From an uncultured Rickettsia sp. (GTDB lineage: Bacteria; Pseudomonadota; Alphaproteobacteria; Rickettsiales; UBA1997), in contig CAZDGN010000006.1 in assembly GCA_964505265.1 (NCBI GenBank), positions 24,214 to 88,213 of the forward strand: a stretch of DNA of 64,000 nt. The letters run 5' to 3'. The notes beneath the pieces were generated by a model. It made no database searches. It saw nothing but the letters and a program-made list of their open reading frames with translations, and was not told the DNA's origin. How positions within the stretch are numbered: the first letter of the stretch is position 1; each line of letters opens with the position of its first letter. Shown piece after piece: positions 1 through 10,714 of the stretch. A program made the translations under genes and the position numbers.

Positions 1-39
1 GAAAATCATTAGCTTAGTTAAAAATTTTGAAAATTTCAT
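1..39 (-). CDS. 5' end of a second VirB2/TrbC-like pilin gene (runs off the window start)
   Basis: Bases 1-39 are identical to 691-729 and encode MKFSKFLTKLMIF, the same N-terminus as the pilin at 373-729. Not in the ORF track because it is truncated. Confidence 0.65.
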   Translation of the reverse strand, partial: MKFSKFLTKLMIF

Positions 40-66
40 AAGAAAAATATTATTTGATGTTTAAAT

Positions 67-360
67 TTAAGAATTCACAGTATTTAATTTGTTTTTAATT
101 TTAAATCTAATTAATTGACCCTCTGGTGTTAATTTATTAAATCTAAAATTTAGAAGAAAATTATCGATGTTGCCATATTTATTAATTGTTCTGATTGTTG
201 AGGTGGCAACTTTAAGTTTTAAGTTAATTTTTAATATATCGCTGTAAAAGGACATAGATTTTAAGTTTGGCAAAAATCTTCTGCGAGTTTTTCTGTTTGA
301 GTGGGAAACTTTGTTTCCAGTAGTTACAGATTTATTTAATAATTCACACTTTTTAGACAT
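67..360 (-). CDS. rpmB: 50S ribosomal protein L28
   Basis: MSKKCELLNK..GNKVSHSNRKTRRRFLPNL, typical L28. Confidence 0.95.
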   Translation of the reverse strand: MSKKCELLNKSVTTGNKVSHSNRKTRRRFLPNLKSMSFYSDILKINLKLKVATSTIRTINKYGNIDNFLLNFRFNKLTPEGQLIRFKIKNKLNTVNS

Positions 361-372
361 TTTTTTAAATAT

Positions 373-729
373 TTAGTTAATAGCACATTGCATATCTGTA
401 TTTTGACCAGAAATAGCAGCAACAATCGAAGGGGCACCGAACATAGAGGCGATACCAGCAGCAACACCGATCATCAAACCCCAAGAAACTTTACCTGAGA
501 AGAAACCAATACCTACGGCAATAATTGCAAATGCAGCAAAGGTTTTACCTGCAGATCCGGTTACTATTCGTAAAGCATTACACATAACTCTTGTTAATGA
601 GTTTGAGCTGGTATTATATGAAGCATCAGATATATTTGCATGAGCTGGTTTAGATGCCACAATTGCAATTGTTGAAAAGGTTAAAAAAGAGAAAATCATT
701 AGCTTAGTTAAAAATTTTGAAAATTTCAT
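373..729 (-). CDS. virB2: VirB2/TrbC-family type IV secretion pilin
   Basis: Long signal peptide ending PAHA, then MCNALRIVTGSAGK and two Gly-rich hydrophobic helices (AIIAVGIGFFSGKVSW..GIASMFGAPSIV). Confidence 0.8.
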   Translation of the reverse strand: MKFSKFLTKLMIFSFLTFSTIAIVASKPAHANISDASYNTSSNSLTRVMCNALRIVTGSAGKTFAAFAIIAVGIGFFSGKVSWGLMIGVAAGIASMFGAPSIVAAISGQNTDMQCAIN

Positions 730-841
730 AAGAAAAATATTATTTGATGTTTAAATTTATTAAGATTGTATTTTTTGAAAATAATATATCAAGCATTTTT
801 TTAAAATATTTTTTAGCTTATCATTTTGAGATTAACAGAAA

Positions 842-2329
842 TTAATTCTCAGTGGTATAATTTGGCGACTCGCTTGTTATGGTAATTGAGTGAGGGTGAG
901 ATTCTCTCAAACCAGAGTTAGTAATTCTTACAAAACTACAATTATTTCTCATATTTTGCAAACTTGCATTCCCAGTATATCCCATTGCCGATTTTAAACC
1001 ACCAACTAGTTGATGAATTACATCAACAACCGAACCTTTATAAGGAACTCTTCCTTCCACGCCTTCTGGAACTAATTTCATTTTATCCATAACATCTTGT
1101 TGAAAATATCGATCAGCTGAACCTCTTGCCATTGCTCCTAGCGAGCCCATTCCGCGATAAATTTTATATGATCTTCCTTTAAATAATACAATTTCCCCAG
1201 GGGTTTCTTCGGTTCCAGCAAGCAATCCTCCAAGCATCACTGCACTTGCTCCACCGGCTATCGCCTTAGCTAAATCACCCGAAAATCTAATGCCACCGTC
1301 AGAAATAACCGGAAGATTCACCTTGTCGCAAAATTCCATTACGTCAAGCAGTGCTGATAATTGAGGAACACCAACTCCAGCGATAACTCTAGTTGTACAA
1401 ATTGAACCTGGACCAATCCCAACTTTAACTGCATCGGCACCAGCATCATATAGCATTTTCGCCCCCTCTTTGGTAGCAATATTTCCAGCAATAAAATTTT
1501 GTTTTGGGTATGATTTTTTTAAATCCTTTAGCATTTTTACAACTCCAGCTGAATGACCATGGGCAGTATCAATTACAATAATATCTGCGCCAGCCTCGAT
1601 TAATCCATCACATCTTTTAATGCCATCTTTACCAACACCAGTTGCGGCGGCAACCAATAATCTTCCCTCCTCATCTTTGGAAGCAAGAGGATATTGTTTA
1701 GTTTTTTCGAGATCCTTACCCGTCATCAAGCCAATGCAGTTGCCTGAATTATCGACTATAATAATTCTTTCAATTTTATTTTTATGTAACAAATTTTTAG
1801 CTTCCGATCTTGAAATATTTGATTTAGCAGTGACTAAATTATCTTTGGTCATTAAATCTTTTATCAATTGTTTTTTATCGGTTGCAAATCTGACATCACG
1901 ATTAGTAAGGATTCCCACTAATTTATTGGTGCCATTTTTTACCACAGGAATTCCAGAAATACCATAATTATTCATTAAATTCAAGGCTTCGGCTAAGGTT
2001 TGATTTGGATTTATAGTAACAGGATTTAAAACAATTCCTGACTCAAATTTTTTTACCTTTCTTACCTCATCCGCTTGTTCTTTAATCGATAAATTTTTAT
2101 GTATACAACCAATACCTCCGCTTTGAGCCATTGCTATTGCTAATCTGCTTTCGGTTACAGTATCCATTGCGGCAGAAATAATTGGAATTTCGATTGAAAT
2201 ATTTTTAGTAATTTTCGTTTTAGTTTGAACATCACTAGGTAAAACCTCAGAGTATGAAGGCTTGAGCAAAACATCATCAAAAGTTAATGATGGATTTTGT
2301 GATTCAATAATTTTGCGATTTGTTTTCAT
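842..2329 (-). CDS. guaB: IMP dehydrogenase
   Basis: [19 protein letters not shown] pair, [11 protein letters not shown] active-site loop. Confidence 0.98.
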   Translation of the reverse strand: MKTNRKIIESQNPSLTFDDVLLKPSYSEVLPSDVQTKTKITKNISIEIPIISAAMDTVTESRLAIAMAQSGGIGCIHKNLSIKEQADEVRKVKKFESGIVLNPVTINPNQTLAEALNLMNNYGISGIPVVKNGTNKLVGILTNRDVRFATDKKQLIKDLMTKDNLVTAKSNISRSEAKNLLHKNKIERIIIVDNSGNCIGLMTGKDLEKTKQYPLASKDEEGRLLVAAATGVGKDGIKRCDGLIEAGADIIVIDTAHGHSAGVVKMLKDLKKSYPKQNFIAGNIATKEGAKMLYDAGADAVKVGIGPGSICTTRVIAGVGVPQLSALLDVMEFCDKVNLPVISDGGIRFSGDLAKAIAGGASAVMLGGLLAGTEETPGEIVLFKGRSYKIYRGMGSLGAMARGSADRYFQQDVMDKMKLVPEGVEGRVPYKGSVVDVIHQLVGGLKSAMGYTGNASLQNMRNNCSFVRITNSGLRESHPHSITITSESPNYTTEN

Positions 2330-2451
2330 GGGCTACCAGAATTAAATTTTATAATTATTCAAAATAAAGCTAGAATTTTTTTTTAAACAATTTATTGTTT
2401 TAGTAGCAAGTTATTATCCCACATTTAAAAATAAATTACAACCTAATAATT

Positions 2452-2868
2452 ATGATTTCGCAAATTGAAAAACTCTGCAATGAAAAAAATATTAAACTTA
2501 CAGAAAATCGAAAAATTATTGCCAAGGTTATTTCCAAAAGCACAGATCACCCCGATGTTGAGGAGTTATACAAAAGAGCTTCAAAATTAAATAAAAACAT
2601 CGGAATTGCAACGGTTTATCGAACAGTTAAAATGCTTGAAGAGGCCGGAATTATAACCAAGCATGACTTCTTTAATGAGGGTAGGGGACGCTATGAAATT
2701 CTGGAGCAAGATGAGCATCACGATCACATCGTTGATATAACTTCCGATCAAGTAATTGAATTTTTTAATCAAGAAATTGAAATCCTTAAAGAAAAAATTG
2801 CACGAGAACATGGATATGAACTAGTTGGACATAAGCTAGAATTATATTGTCGACCTTTAAAAAAATAA
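2452..2868 (+). CDS. fur: Fur-family transcriptional regulator
   Basis: HPDVEELY, GIATVYRTVKML, EHHDHI motifs. Metal specificity (Fur vs Mur) not determinable. Confidence 0.85.
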   Translation: MISQIEKLCNEKNIKLTENRKIIAKVISKSTDHPDVEELYKRASKLNKNIGIATVYRTVKMLEEAGIITKHDFFNEGRGRYEILEQDEHHDHIVDITSDQVIEFFNQEIEILKEKIAREHGYELVGHKLELYCRPLKK

Positions 2869-2869
2869 T

Positions 2870-3856
2870 ATGGCAGTTTATACAAAGATTACTCAAACAG
2901 ATTTGTCAAATCACTTAAAAACCAATTATGAAATAGGCGATTTGATTACTTTTGAAGAAATTGTTGATGGTGTCGACAATTCGAATTTCATAATTCACAC
3001 CGAAAATCAAAAATATATTTTTACTATTTTTGAAAGCAGGATAAATAAAGATGACTTGCCTTTTTTTATTAATTTTAAAGAACATCTTTTTTTAAATGAA
3101 ATAGCTTGCCCAAAGCCAATTCGAACAAAATCAGGTCAAGTAATACTCGATTTTTATGGCAAAAAATCTATTATTGTAAGTTTTTTAAATGGCAAAACTT
3201 TAAAGCCCAAAGATGATGGTTTTTATTACAATATTTCCGCAAATAAATGTGCATTAATTGGCAATAATCTTGCAAAAATCCATTTGGCATCAATTAAATT
3301 TTCGCAATCCAAAACCAATGATTTAAATATTTTTGGCATCGAAAAATTATTTTTAAAATTTCAAAATCATTTAGAATCATACGATCCTAGCTTGTTAAAA
3401 ATTATTCCGAAACAAATTGAATTTGTTAAAAGCAGATGGAATTCATCTTTGCCTTCAGCGCCTTGTCATCTTGATTTATTTCCAGATAATGTTTTTTTCA
3501 ATGATAACGAAAGTTTCGCTGGAGTCATAGATTTTTACTTTTCCGCCAATGATTTGCTTGTATATGATTTTGCAATTGTGGCAAATGCTTGGTGCTTTGA
3601 TAAAACCATTTTTAATACTGAAAAATTTGCAAATCTTTTAAATTCCTACCAGAAAATTAGACGCTTTAACATTGACGAGTTAAAATTTATGCAAACCGCA
3701 TTTATAATGGCCTCATTGCGCTTTTTATGCACCAGACTTCACGATTATTTTTTTACCCCTAAAGACTCAATTGTTAAGGTAAAAAACCCAAATGAATATA
3801 AAGAAAAACTCCTATTTTTTATTAATAACAAAATTTTAAATAATGATATTATATAA
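2870..3856 (+). CDS. thrB: Homoserine kinase type II (APH-like)
   Basis: MAVYT start, GVDNSNF, HLDLFPDNVFF, GVIDFYF, LRFLCTRLHD, KNPNEY. Confidence 0.92.
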   Translation: MAVYTKITQTDLSNHLKTNYEIGDLITFEEIVDGVDNSNFIIHTENQKYIFTIFESRINKDDLPFFINFKEHLFLNEIACPKPIRTKSGQVILDFYGKKSIIVSFLNGKTLKPKDDGFYYNISANKCALIGNNLAKIHLASIKFSQSKTNDLNIFGIEKLFLKFQNHLESYDPSLLKIIPKQIEFVKSRWNSSLPSAPCHLDLFPDNVFFNDNESFAGVIDFYFSANDLLVYDFAIVANAWCFDKTIFNTEKFANLLNSYQKIRRFNIDELKFMQTAFIMASLRFLCTRLHDYFFTPKDSIVKVKNPNEYKEKLLFFINNKILNNDII

Positions 3857-4535
3857 TTTTTTTGGCAGAGATGCCAGCCTTCCAAGAAATCTTAGCGACA
3901 ATTCAATTTTATTTCAAAAATTACAAGAATTAAATTTCCAATTCAGCGAAATTTTTTTAGTTAATCAATTTCATAGCAATCAAGTTTATGTTCTTGATTC
4001 TGCCGATAAAATTTATACAAGTAACGATATGCCAAAAGCAGATGGAATTGTTACGAATTTAAAAAACTTACCAATCGGAATTTTAACCGCGGATTGTGGT
4101 CCAGTTTTATTTTTAGATGAAGATAAAAAAATTATCGGGGCTTGTCATGCTGGTTGGAGAGGAGCTAGGTCTGGTATTATTGCAAACACTATTTTAGAAA
4201 TGCAAAAACTTGGTGCAACCAATATCAAAGCAATAATAGGACCAACCATTCAACAATATTCTTATCAAATTTCTAAAGATTTTTATGACGATTTCTTAAG
4301 CGAATCATCGCAAAATATTAAATTTTTTAAAATAGGGAAGGAGGCAGATAAATGGCAGTTTGACCTACCTTCTTACATCTCTGAGAAAATTGTAAAGGCT
4401 GGAGTTTATGATATTGAAAATTTAGAAATCGATACTTATACCAATCAAAGCAAATATTTTAGTTATCGTAAATATTGCCACGAATCAAAAGCTCTTGACG
4501 GCAGTAATATCGCCATTATTTCAATTAACAGTTAG
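3843..4535 (+). CDS. pgeF: PgeF/YfiH polyphenol-oxidase-like protein
   Basis: NQFHS, ADG, TADCGPVL, HAGWRG, FSYR. Confidence 0.9.
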   Translation: MILYNFFGRDASLPRNLSDNSILFQKLQELNFQFSEIFLVNQFHSNQVYVLDSADKIYTSNDMPKADGIVTNLKNLPIGILTADCGPVLFLDEDKKIIGACHAGWRGARSGIIANTILEMQKLGATNIKAIIGPTIQQYSYQISKDFYDDFLSESSQNIKFFKIGKEADKWQFDLPSYISEKIVKAGVYDIENLEIDTYTNQSKYFSYRKYCHESKALDGSNIAIISINS

Positions 4536-5385
4536 AAATAAATTCATTATATTTTTTGGTTAGCAATTTGGCGATTCTAAAATTATCGCCACCTTCGATA
4601 TAATTTATTAAAATATTATTAATCGACTTTACTGGACGAATCAACAAGCTAGAGCTGGTCAAAAACACTTCTTTTGCATTTAAAACTTCATCAACATCGA
4701 AATTTTTTTCAATTACACTTAAATTATTTTCTTTTGCAATCATAATTAAACGATTTCTAGTGATGCCAGCCAATATGTTATTGTTGGCAGGGTGTGTGAT
4801 TAAATTATCATTATTATCAACCATAAAAACATTAGCATAAGTGGCTTCGGTTACAACATTATTGCGTACAAAAATTGCATCATCAAATCCCGAGTCCTTA
4901 GCTTTTTGATTTACCAAGGTAGAGGCTAATAAATTTACAGTTTTGATATCGCATCGATGCCAGCGAATATCATCATGGGTCATAATTCTAAAACCATTTT
5001 TAAATTCATCTTTACTAACCATTTTTCTTGGCAAAACAGTAGCACAAATAGTTGGTTCAAGATTTTTTGGGCAATATGGAACTCTATTATTTACCCCACG
5101 AGTTATTTGAAGATAACAAGTTGCCTTATCTTGAAAATTATTTTTTTTGAATAATTCCAATTGAATTTCTAGAATTTGCTCGATAGTAAATGAATGATTT
5201 ATGTTTAGCTCACTAAGGCTTCTCATCAATCTTTTGGCATGAAACTCGCCATCAATCAACTTATTATTTTCAAATAAAGTTACTTCATAAGCACCATCAG
5301 CGAATTGGAAGCCCCGATCCTCAATGTGAACAAAACATTTCTCATGTGGTAAAAATTTTTCATTTAAATAGGAAATTCTAGTCAT
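4525..5385 (-). CDS. dat: D-amino-acid transaminase (class IV PLP)
   Basis: DRGFQFADGAYEV, RWHRCDIKTVNLL, ILAGITR. Confidence 0.85.
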   Translation of the reverse strand: MTRISYLNEKFLPHEKCFVHIEDRGFQFADGAYEVTLFENNKLIDGEFHAKRLMRSLSELNINHSFTIEQILEIQLELFKKNNFQDKATCYLQITRGVNNRVPYCPKNLEPTICATVLPRKMVSKDEFKNGFRIMTHDDIRWHRCDIKTVNLLASTLVNQKAKDSGFDDAIFVRNNVVTEATYANVFMVDNNDNLITHPANNNILAGITRNRLIMIAKENNLSVIEKNFDVDEVLNAKEVFLTSSSLLIRPVKSINNILINYIEGGDNFRIAKLLTKKYNEFISNC

Positions 5386-5386
5386 A

Positions 5387-6664
5387 TTATTTTTTTAAAA
5401 TTGTGGTTCCAGCATATTTGGCTCTGGTTCCAAGATAGTTAGAAATTCTAAGTAATTCATTGTATTTTGCAGTTCTATCGGAACGACATAGTGACCCCGT
5501 TTTGATTTGACCAGCATTGGTGGCAACTGCAATGTGAGCAATTGTTGAGTCCTCAGTTTCGCCAGAGCGATGCGAAATAATATTTTTATAACCCGATAAA
5601 TTTGCAATATCAATTGCTTCTAAAGTTTCGCTTAAAGTGCCGATTTGGTTGACCTTAATCAAAATTGCGTTTGCCATCTTTTCTGCAATTCCCTTTTTTA
5701 AAATTTCTGGATTAGTAACAAATAAATCATCGCCAACCAACTGAATTTTGTCACCTAATTTTTGAGTAATGAGCTTCCAACCCTCATAATCATCTTCGGC
5801 GCAAGGATCTTCAATGGAAAATATCGGATAAGAATTCACCAAATCTTCATAAAAATCGACAATTTGTTTTGAATTAAAATTCTTTTCTTCACCAACCATT
5901 TTATAAATGCCATTTTCATAAAATTCTGAAGAAGCACAATCAAGCGCCAAATAGATATCCTTGCCAATTTTGTAACCCGATTTAACAATCGCTTCAGAAA
6001 TAAAATCTAGAGCTTGTTTGCTTGAATTAAGATTTGGAGCAAATCCACCTTCATCGCCAACATTGGTGTTAAAATTTTGTTTTTTCAAAATTGATTTTAA
6101 GTTATGAAAAACTTCGCAACCAGCTTGAATAGCCTCTTCAATTGAGTTAAGTCCAATTGGCGCAATCATAAATTCTTGAATATCAATTTTATTATCGGCA
6201 TGCTTTCCACCATTGATAATATTCATCATTGGCACCGGCAAAACATTGCCATTTTTATTGCCCAAATGCTCAAAAAAAGGGATTTGTTTTGAATTAGCAA
6301 CGGCCTTAGAGCAAGCTATAGATACAGCTAAAATCGAGTTTGCTCCGAGTTTAGATTTGTTTTTTGAACCGTCTAAATCAATTAAAATTTGATCAATTAA
6401 TTTTTGATTCGAAGCATCTTTGCCAATCAAATTTGCATTGATAATATTATTAACATTGTCGATGGCTTTTAGCACTGATTTGCCTAGATATTTCGAGCTA
6501 TCTCCATCGCGAAGTTCATGAGCTTCAAGCCTTCCAGTTGAAGCACCAGAAGGAACGGCACAATTTCCAACAACACCATTTTCTAGCTCTATTTTGGCTT
6601 CAACAGTTGGAAATCCTCGTGAATCCAAAATTTGTAAAGCACTAATTTTTCTAATTTTAAACAT
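5387..6664 (-). CDS. eno: Enolase
   Basis: [32 protein letters not shown]. Start set at MFKIRK (6664); the ORF track extends to 6679. Confidence 0.97.
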   Translation of the reverse strand: MFKIRKISALQILDSRGFPTVEAKIELENGVVGNCAVPSGASTGRLEAHELRDGDSSKYLGKSVLKAIDNVNNIINANLIGKDASNQKLIDQILIDLDGSKNKSKLGANSILAVSIACSKAVANSKQIPFFEHLGNKNGNVLPVPMMNIINGGKHADNKIDIQEFMIAPIGLNSIEEAIQAGCEVFHNLKSILKKQNFNTNVGDEGGFAPNLNSSKQALDFISEAIVKSGYKIGKDIYLALDCASSEFYENGIYKMVGEEKNFNSKQIVDFYEDLVNSYPIFSIEDPCAEDDYEGWKLITQKLGDKIQLVGDDLFVTNPEILKKGIAEKMANAILIKVNQIGTLSETLEAIDIANLSGYKNIISHRSGETEDSTIAHIAVATNAGQIKTGSLCRSDRTAKYNELLRISNYLGTRAKYAGTTILKK

Positions 6665-6700
6665 TTGAATAAATTGCAATTAATTTTGATAATGACTAAT

Positions 6701-6729
6701 ATTTAAAAAAAAATTTTAGTTATTGTCAA
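6701..6729 (-). promoter_or_regulatory. Putative sigma70 promoter for eno
   Basis: TTGACA (6724-6729), 17-bp spacer, TTAAAT (6701-6706) on the minus strand. Confidence 0.4.
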
Positions 6730-6740
6730 TTTACAAATTT

Positions 6741-6902
6741 ATGTTTTTACTAAGGGTATTGTTTTTTATTATAATTTTACTTTTGGCCTATCCTTTCATT
6801 TCGGATATAACCAACAAAGCACTTAACAAAACTGGGATCTCAAGACAAATCAACAATGTCTCCAACAAAGCCAAGAAGAAAATCAAAGACTTAAAAGATT
6901 AA
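6741..6902 (+). CDS. 53-aa single-TM small protein (below the ORF-track cutoff)
   Basis: MFLLRVLFFIIILLLAYPFISDITNKALNKTGISRQINNVSNKAKKKIKDLKD. Fills the intergenic gap; stop overlaps the convergent gene stop (ttaa at 6899-6902). Confidence 0.6.
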   Translation: MFLLRVLFFIIILLLAYPFISDITNKALNKTGISRQINNVSNKAKKKIKDLKD

Positions 6903-7480
6903 TTCTGAGAAATTGTTTTTTCATCAGCCTCAATTTTACTTAAATCTTCAGCAACTTTAAAAATTGAAAAATTCTTTTTGAAAATCGCTTTCATTTGGCT
7001 TGCTCTTTCTGTTTCATTTTTATTATAAGTTTTTCGAAACTTTATAATTTCAATCTTAATTAACTTCTGTTTGTTTGTGGGTAATTTAGAATATTCCAGA
7101 AAAACTTTATTGGATATTTCGTTATATGGAGTTGAGTTTGCATTTTGCTGAGTATGGCTCGGAAATATTCTATTGACAATGGAAAGTATATTAGAGATTT
7201 TAGCGATTCTATTTACTTCATGGTTTAAGCTATTAACGGCTTCCATTGATCTTTTAAAGAATTCCCTATTTATTTGATCAAATTTAGTTTTTTGCTCAGG
7301 AGTTAAGTTTTTAAAAATCTTTTCATATTCAATTTGCTCTGGGGTCTTTTCTGAATTAATATTCGGCAATTTAGGAGCAACGGGTTTTTTTGTATCGCCC
7401 TTGGCAATATTTTGGGCAAATGCATTAAAAATTCCAAAATTTATAAATAAAAATCCACAAATTAATATTCTTAATCTCAT
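6899..7480 (-). CDS. Exported alpha-helical hypothetical protein (LTPEQ motif)
   Basis: Signal peptide ending AFA; paralogous to 9493-10119. Confidence 0.75.
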   Translation of the reverse strand: MRLRILICGFLFINFGIFNAFAQNIAKGDTKKPVAPKLPNINSEKTPEQIEYEKIFKNLTPEQKTKFDQINREFFKRSMEAVNSLNHEVNRIAKISNILSIVNRIFPSHTQQNANSTPYNEISNKVFLEYSKLPTNKQKLIKIEIIKFRKTYNKNETERASQMKAIFKKNFSIFKVAEDLSKIEADEKTISQN

Positions 7481-7653
7481 AATAATTTTTTAAAGTTGAT
7501 CTTTGGTTAACTATTTTAATATTATTAAATTAGATTGTAATTTTAAGACTTTTTAACATTTAAAAAATAAAATATAAAAATTTATTCAAATTCGGAATTA
7601 AAAATCTCTAAAATTTTAATTAATAATCCTGAAAATTTTTTTAAAAATTTAGT

Positions 7654-8775
<1,122 letters not shown>

Positions 8776-8782
8776 TTATTTT

Positions 8783-9376
8783 ATGAAAAAATTTATACCT
8801 CTTGGCATTTTATTGCTTTTTATTTATATAATTTCTTTTGCGATTTACAATCTTAACCAAAAACAAAATATTGAAGGTCAAGAAATGCTTGAACAAGAAA
8901 CCTCGGGTGATAATGATAGCTCCAAATCAGAGCTCGAAGATGACATTAATTTTATAAGTGTAAAATTAGATTTGCCAGAATTTTCACTACCAGAATTATA
9001 CGATAAAACAAAAGATTTTAGCAAAAAAGATTTAAAAGGCAAATATACCATCGTAAATTTTTTCGCATCTTGGTGTTCAACTTGCCATGCTGAGCATGAT
9101 ATTTTATTAAGAATTCAAAGCGAAGCTGTTGCCGATTTATATGGAATTTCGTGGCGCGATATCGATGAAAACACTATAAAATATTTACAACAAAGTGGCA
9201 ATCCATTTTCTAAAATCGGTGTCGATAGCAAAGGAATTTTTAGCAAAATAGCCAATATTGAAGCAGTTCCAGAAACATGGTTGGTAAATCCAAAAGGCGA
9301 GGTGGTTTTACGATTAAAAGGAAATTTACAGGAATTTTCAGTCGATGAAATTAAGCGCTATATCAGGCTTCATTGA
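8783..9376 (+). CDS. DsbE/CcmG-type periplasmic thioredoxin
   Basis: N-terminal anchor, VNFFASWCSTC, AVPETW. Confidence 0.85.
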   Translation: MKKFIPLGILLLFIYIISFAIYNLNQKQNIEGQEMLEQETSGDNDSSKSELEDDINFISVKLDLPEFSLPELYDKTKDFSKKDLKGKYTIVNFFASWCSTCHAEHDILLRIQSEAVADLYGISWRDIDENTIKYLQQSGNPFSKIGVDSKGIFSKIANIEAVPETWLVNPKGEVVLRLKGNLQEFSVDEIKRYIRLH

Positions 9377-9399
9377 TTTTAATTTAAGATAAATTTTAT

Positions 9400-9474
9400 G
9401 CTCTCGTAGCTCAGGGGATAGAGCAGTGGTTTCCTAAACCATGTGCGCATGTTCAAGTCATGCCGAGAGCACCA
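9400..9474 (+). tRNA. tRNA-Arg(CCT)
   Basis: Acceptor GCTCTCG/CGAGAGC, anticodon arm GTGGT-TTCCTAA-ACCAT, T arm GCATG-TTCAAGT-CATGC, encoded CCA. Confidence 0.93.
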
Positions 9475-9492
9475 ATTAACTCTATTTGTAAC

Positions 9493-10119
9493 CTATTTCT
9501 TTTTAATTATTTCATTTGGATTGTTTATTTCTGGCAAATCCATATCTTCTAATTTTTCATCATTGACAATCTCAGAGACATCTTCGGATTCTTTAAACAT
9601 TTCAAAATCCTCTTTGAGCAAATTCTTCAAGGCAATTCTTCTTTCTTTTTGTGCCCTATTCATAGCTTTACGGTAAATTATAGCTTCTTGTTTAATTTTT
9701 TTACGCTGATCAGGGGTAAGTTTTTTATACTCATTACTTACTTTTTGATTATAAGCTTTAATATTTTCTGGAAGCTCCCCCCTATCTCTTTTAGGCTCCT
9801 GTTTTGAAAAAATTGTATTAAAATTCATAACCACGACTGTTCCTTTAGAAATTTCCTTATATTTTTTTTGATACTCATTGTTATTCTTGGTAAGTTCCTG
9901 AAAATATTTATTATTAATTTCAGAAAATTTTTTTCTTTGCAATGGGGTAAGTTTTGCAATAGCATCATCAAAATTTTGATATTGAGCTGGTTTTTTGGGT
10001 TTTTGATTAGGAGTTTCTTTTTTATTATTTAAGTTCGCTTGAATTGGCAAGGAATTAACATTTTGTGCGCAAACACTATCTGTTAGCAAAAAAAGAGTAA
10101 AGATGAGAATATTTAGCAT
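9493..10119 (-). CDS. Exported alpha-helical hypothetical protein (two LTPxQ motifs)
   Basis: Signal peptide; KLTPLQRKK and KLTPDQRKK; paralogous to 6899-7480. Confidence 0.75.
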   Translation of the reverse strand: MLNILIFTLFLLTDSVCAQNVNSLPIQANLNNKKETPNQKPKKPAQYQNFDDAIAKLTPLQRKKFSEINNKYFQELTKNNNEYQKKYKEISKGTVVVMNFNTIFSKQEPKRDRGELPENIKAYNQKVSNEYKKLTPDQRKKIKQEAIIYRKAMNRAQKERRIALKNLLKEDFEMFKESEDVSEIVNDEKLEDMDLPEINNPNEIIKKK

Positions 10120-10125
10120 AATTTA

Positions 10126-10437
10126 TTATAATTCATTAACTTCAAATCCGGTAATTTTTTTTATCTCTTGGCGATGACGCTCATTTTCTTGCTTTAAAAG
10201 CTCTCTTTGTTCTTTACTTAATTTTTTAAACATCTCTTTTCTATTATCCATTTTTTGCTTAACCTCGGGAGAGGAGCTTTCATAAAGCTTTTGTCTTAAT
10301 TGGCGCCTAGAAGAAGCTTCTTTATCAATCTTATTTTCAATGACCGCACCTTCAATAGCTTGAGCAAAACTATAATTTGAAAAATTGATTGAAAAAACTA
10401 TCAAAAATAGAAGAAAATGTTTGCGATATTTATTCAT
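10126..10437 (-). CDS. Small exported charged helical protein (Spy/CpxP-like motif)
   Basis: Signal peptide ending SFA, KLSKEQRELLKQE. Confidence 0.7.
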   Translation of the reverse strand: MNKYRKHFLLFLIVFSINFSNYSFAQAIEGAVIENKIDKEASSRRQLRQKLYESSSPEVKQKMDNRKEMFKKLSKEQRELLKQENERHRQEIKKITGFEVNEL

Positions 10438-10714
10438 AAAAATTATATTTTAATATTTGTTTTTTTTAAATTTTTTTAGCTTATTTTTTATAAGAATTAT
10501 AAGCAATTTTTTTAATTAAATTTTTACTTATTTTTCAATTTTATTCAAAAAAAATTCAAAAAAACCCAAAAAAAACCTATTTTTTTAAAAAAGTTAATTT
10601 TTTTTGTGGACAAATAAAAAAATTTTTTTATTGTTCCGCCCCTCTTATTATTTTTTTTCAAAAATTTTGTATAAGTTTTTTGTTTTTTATTAATTTATAT
10701 TTTACTAAAAAGAA

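Larger units (their letters stand above)
1..759. repeat. 69-bp exact direct repeat, copies at 1-69 and 691-759
   Basis: gaaaatcatt...ttaaattta is identical in both places. It covers 39 bp of pilin coding sequence plus 30 bp upstream. The repeat may extend left of the window. Confidence 0.9.

Noticed and set aside
2414-2423. TTATCCCACA near fur as a DnaA box or origin
   Set aside because: Single imperfect site; the similar lone TGTGGACAA at 10605-10613 was also dismissed.
9443-9676. 77-aa ORF starting inside tRNA-Arg
   Set aside because: Starts within the tRNA and is antisense to 9493-10119.
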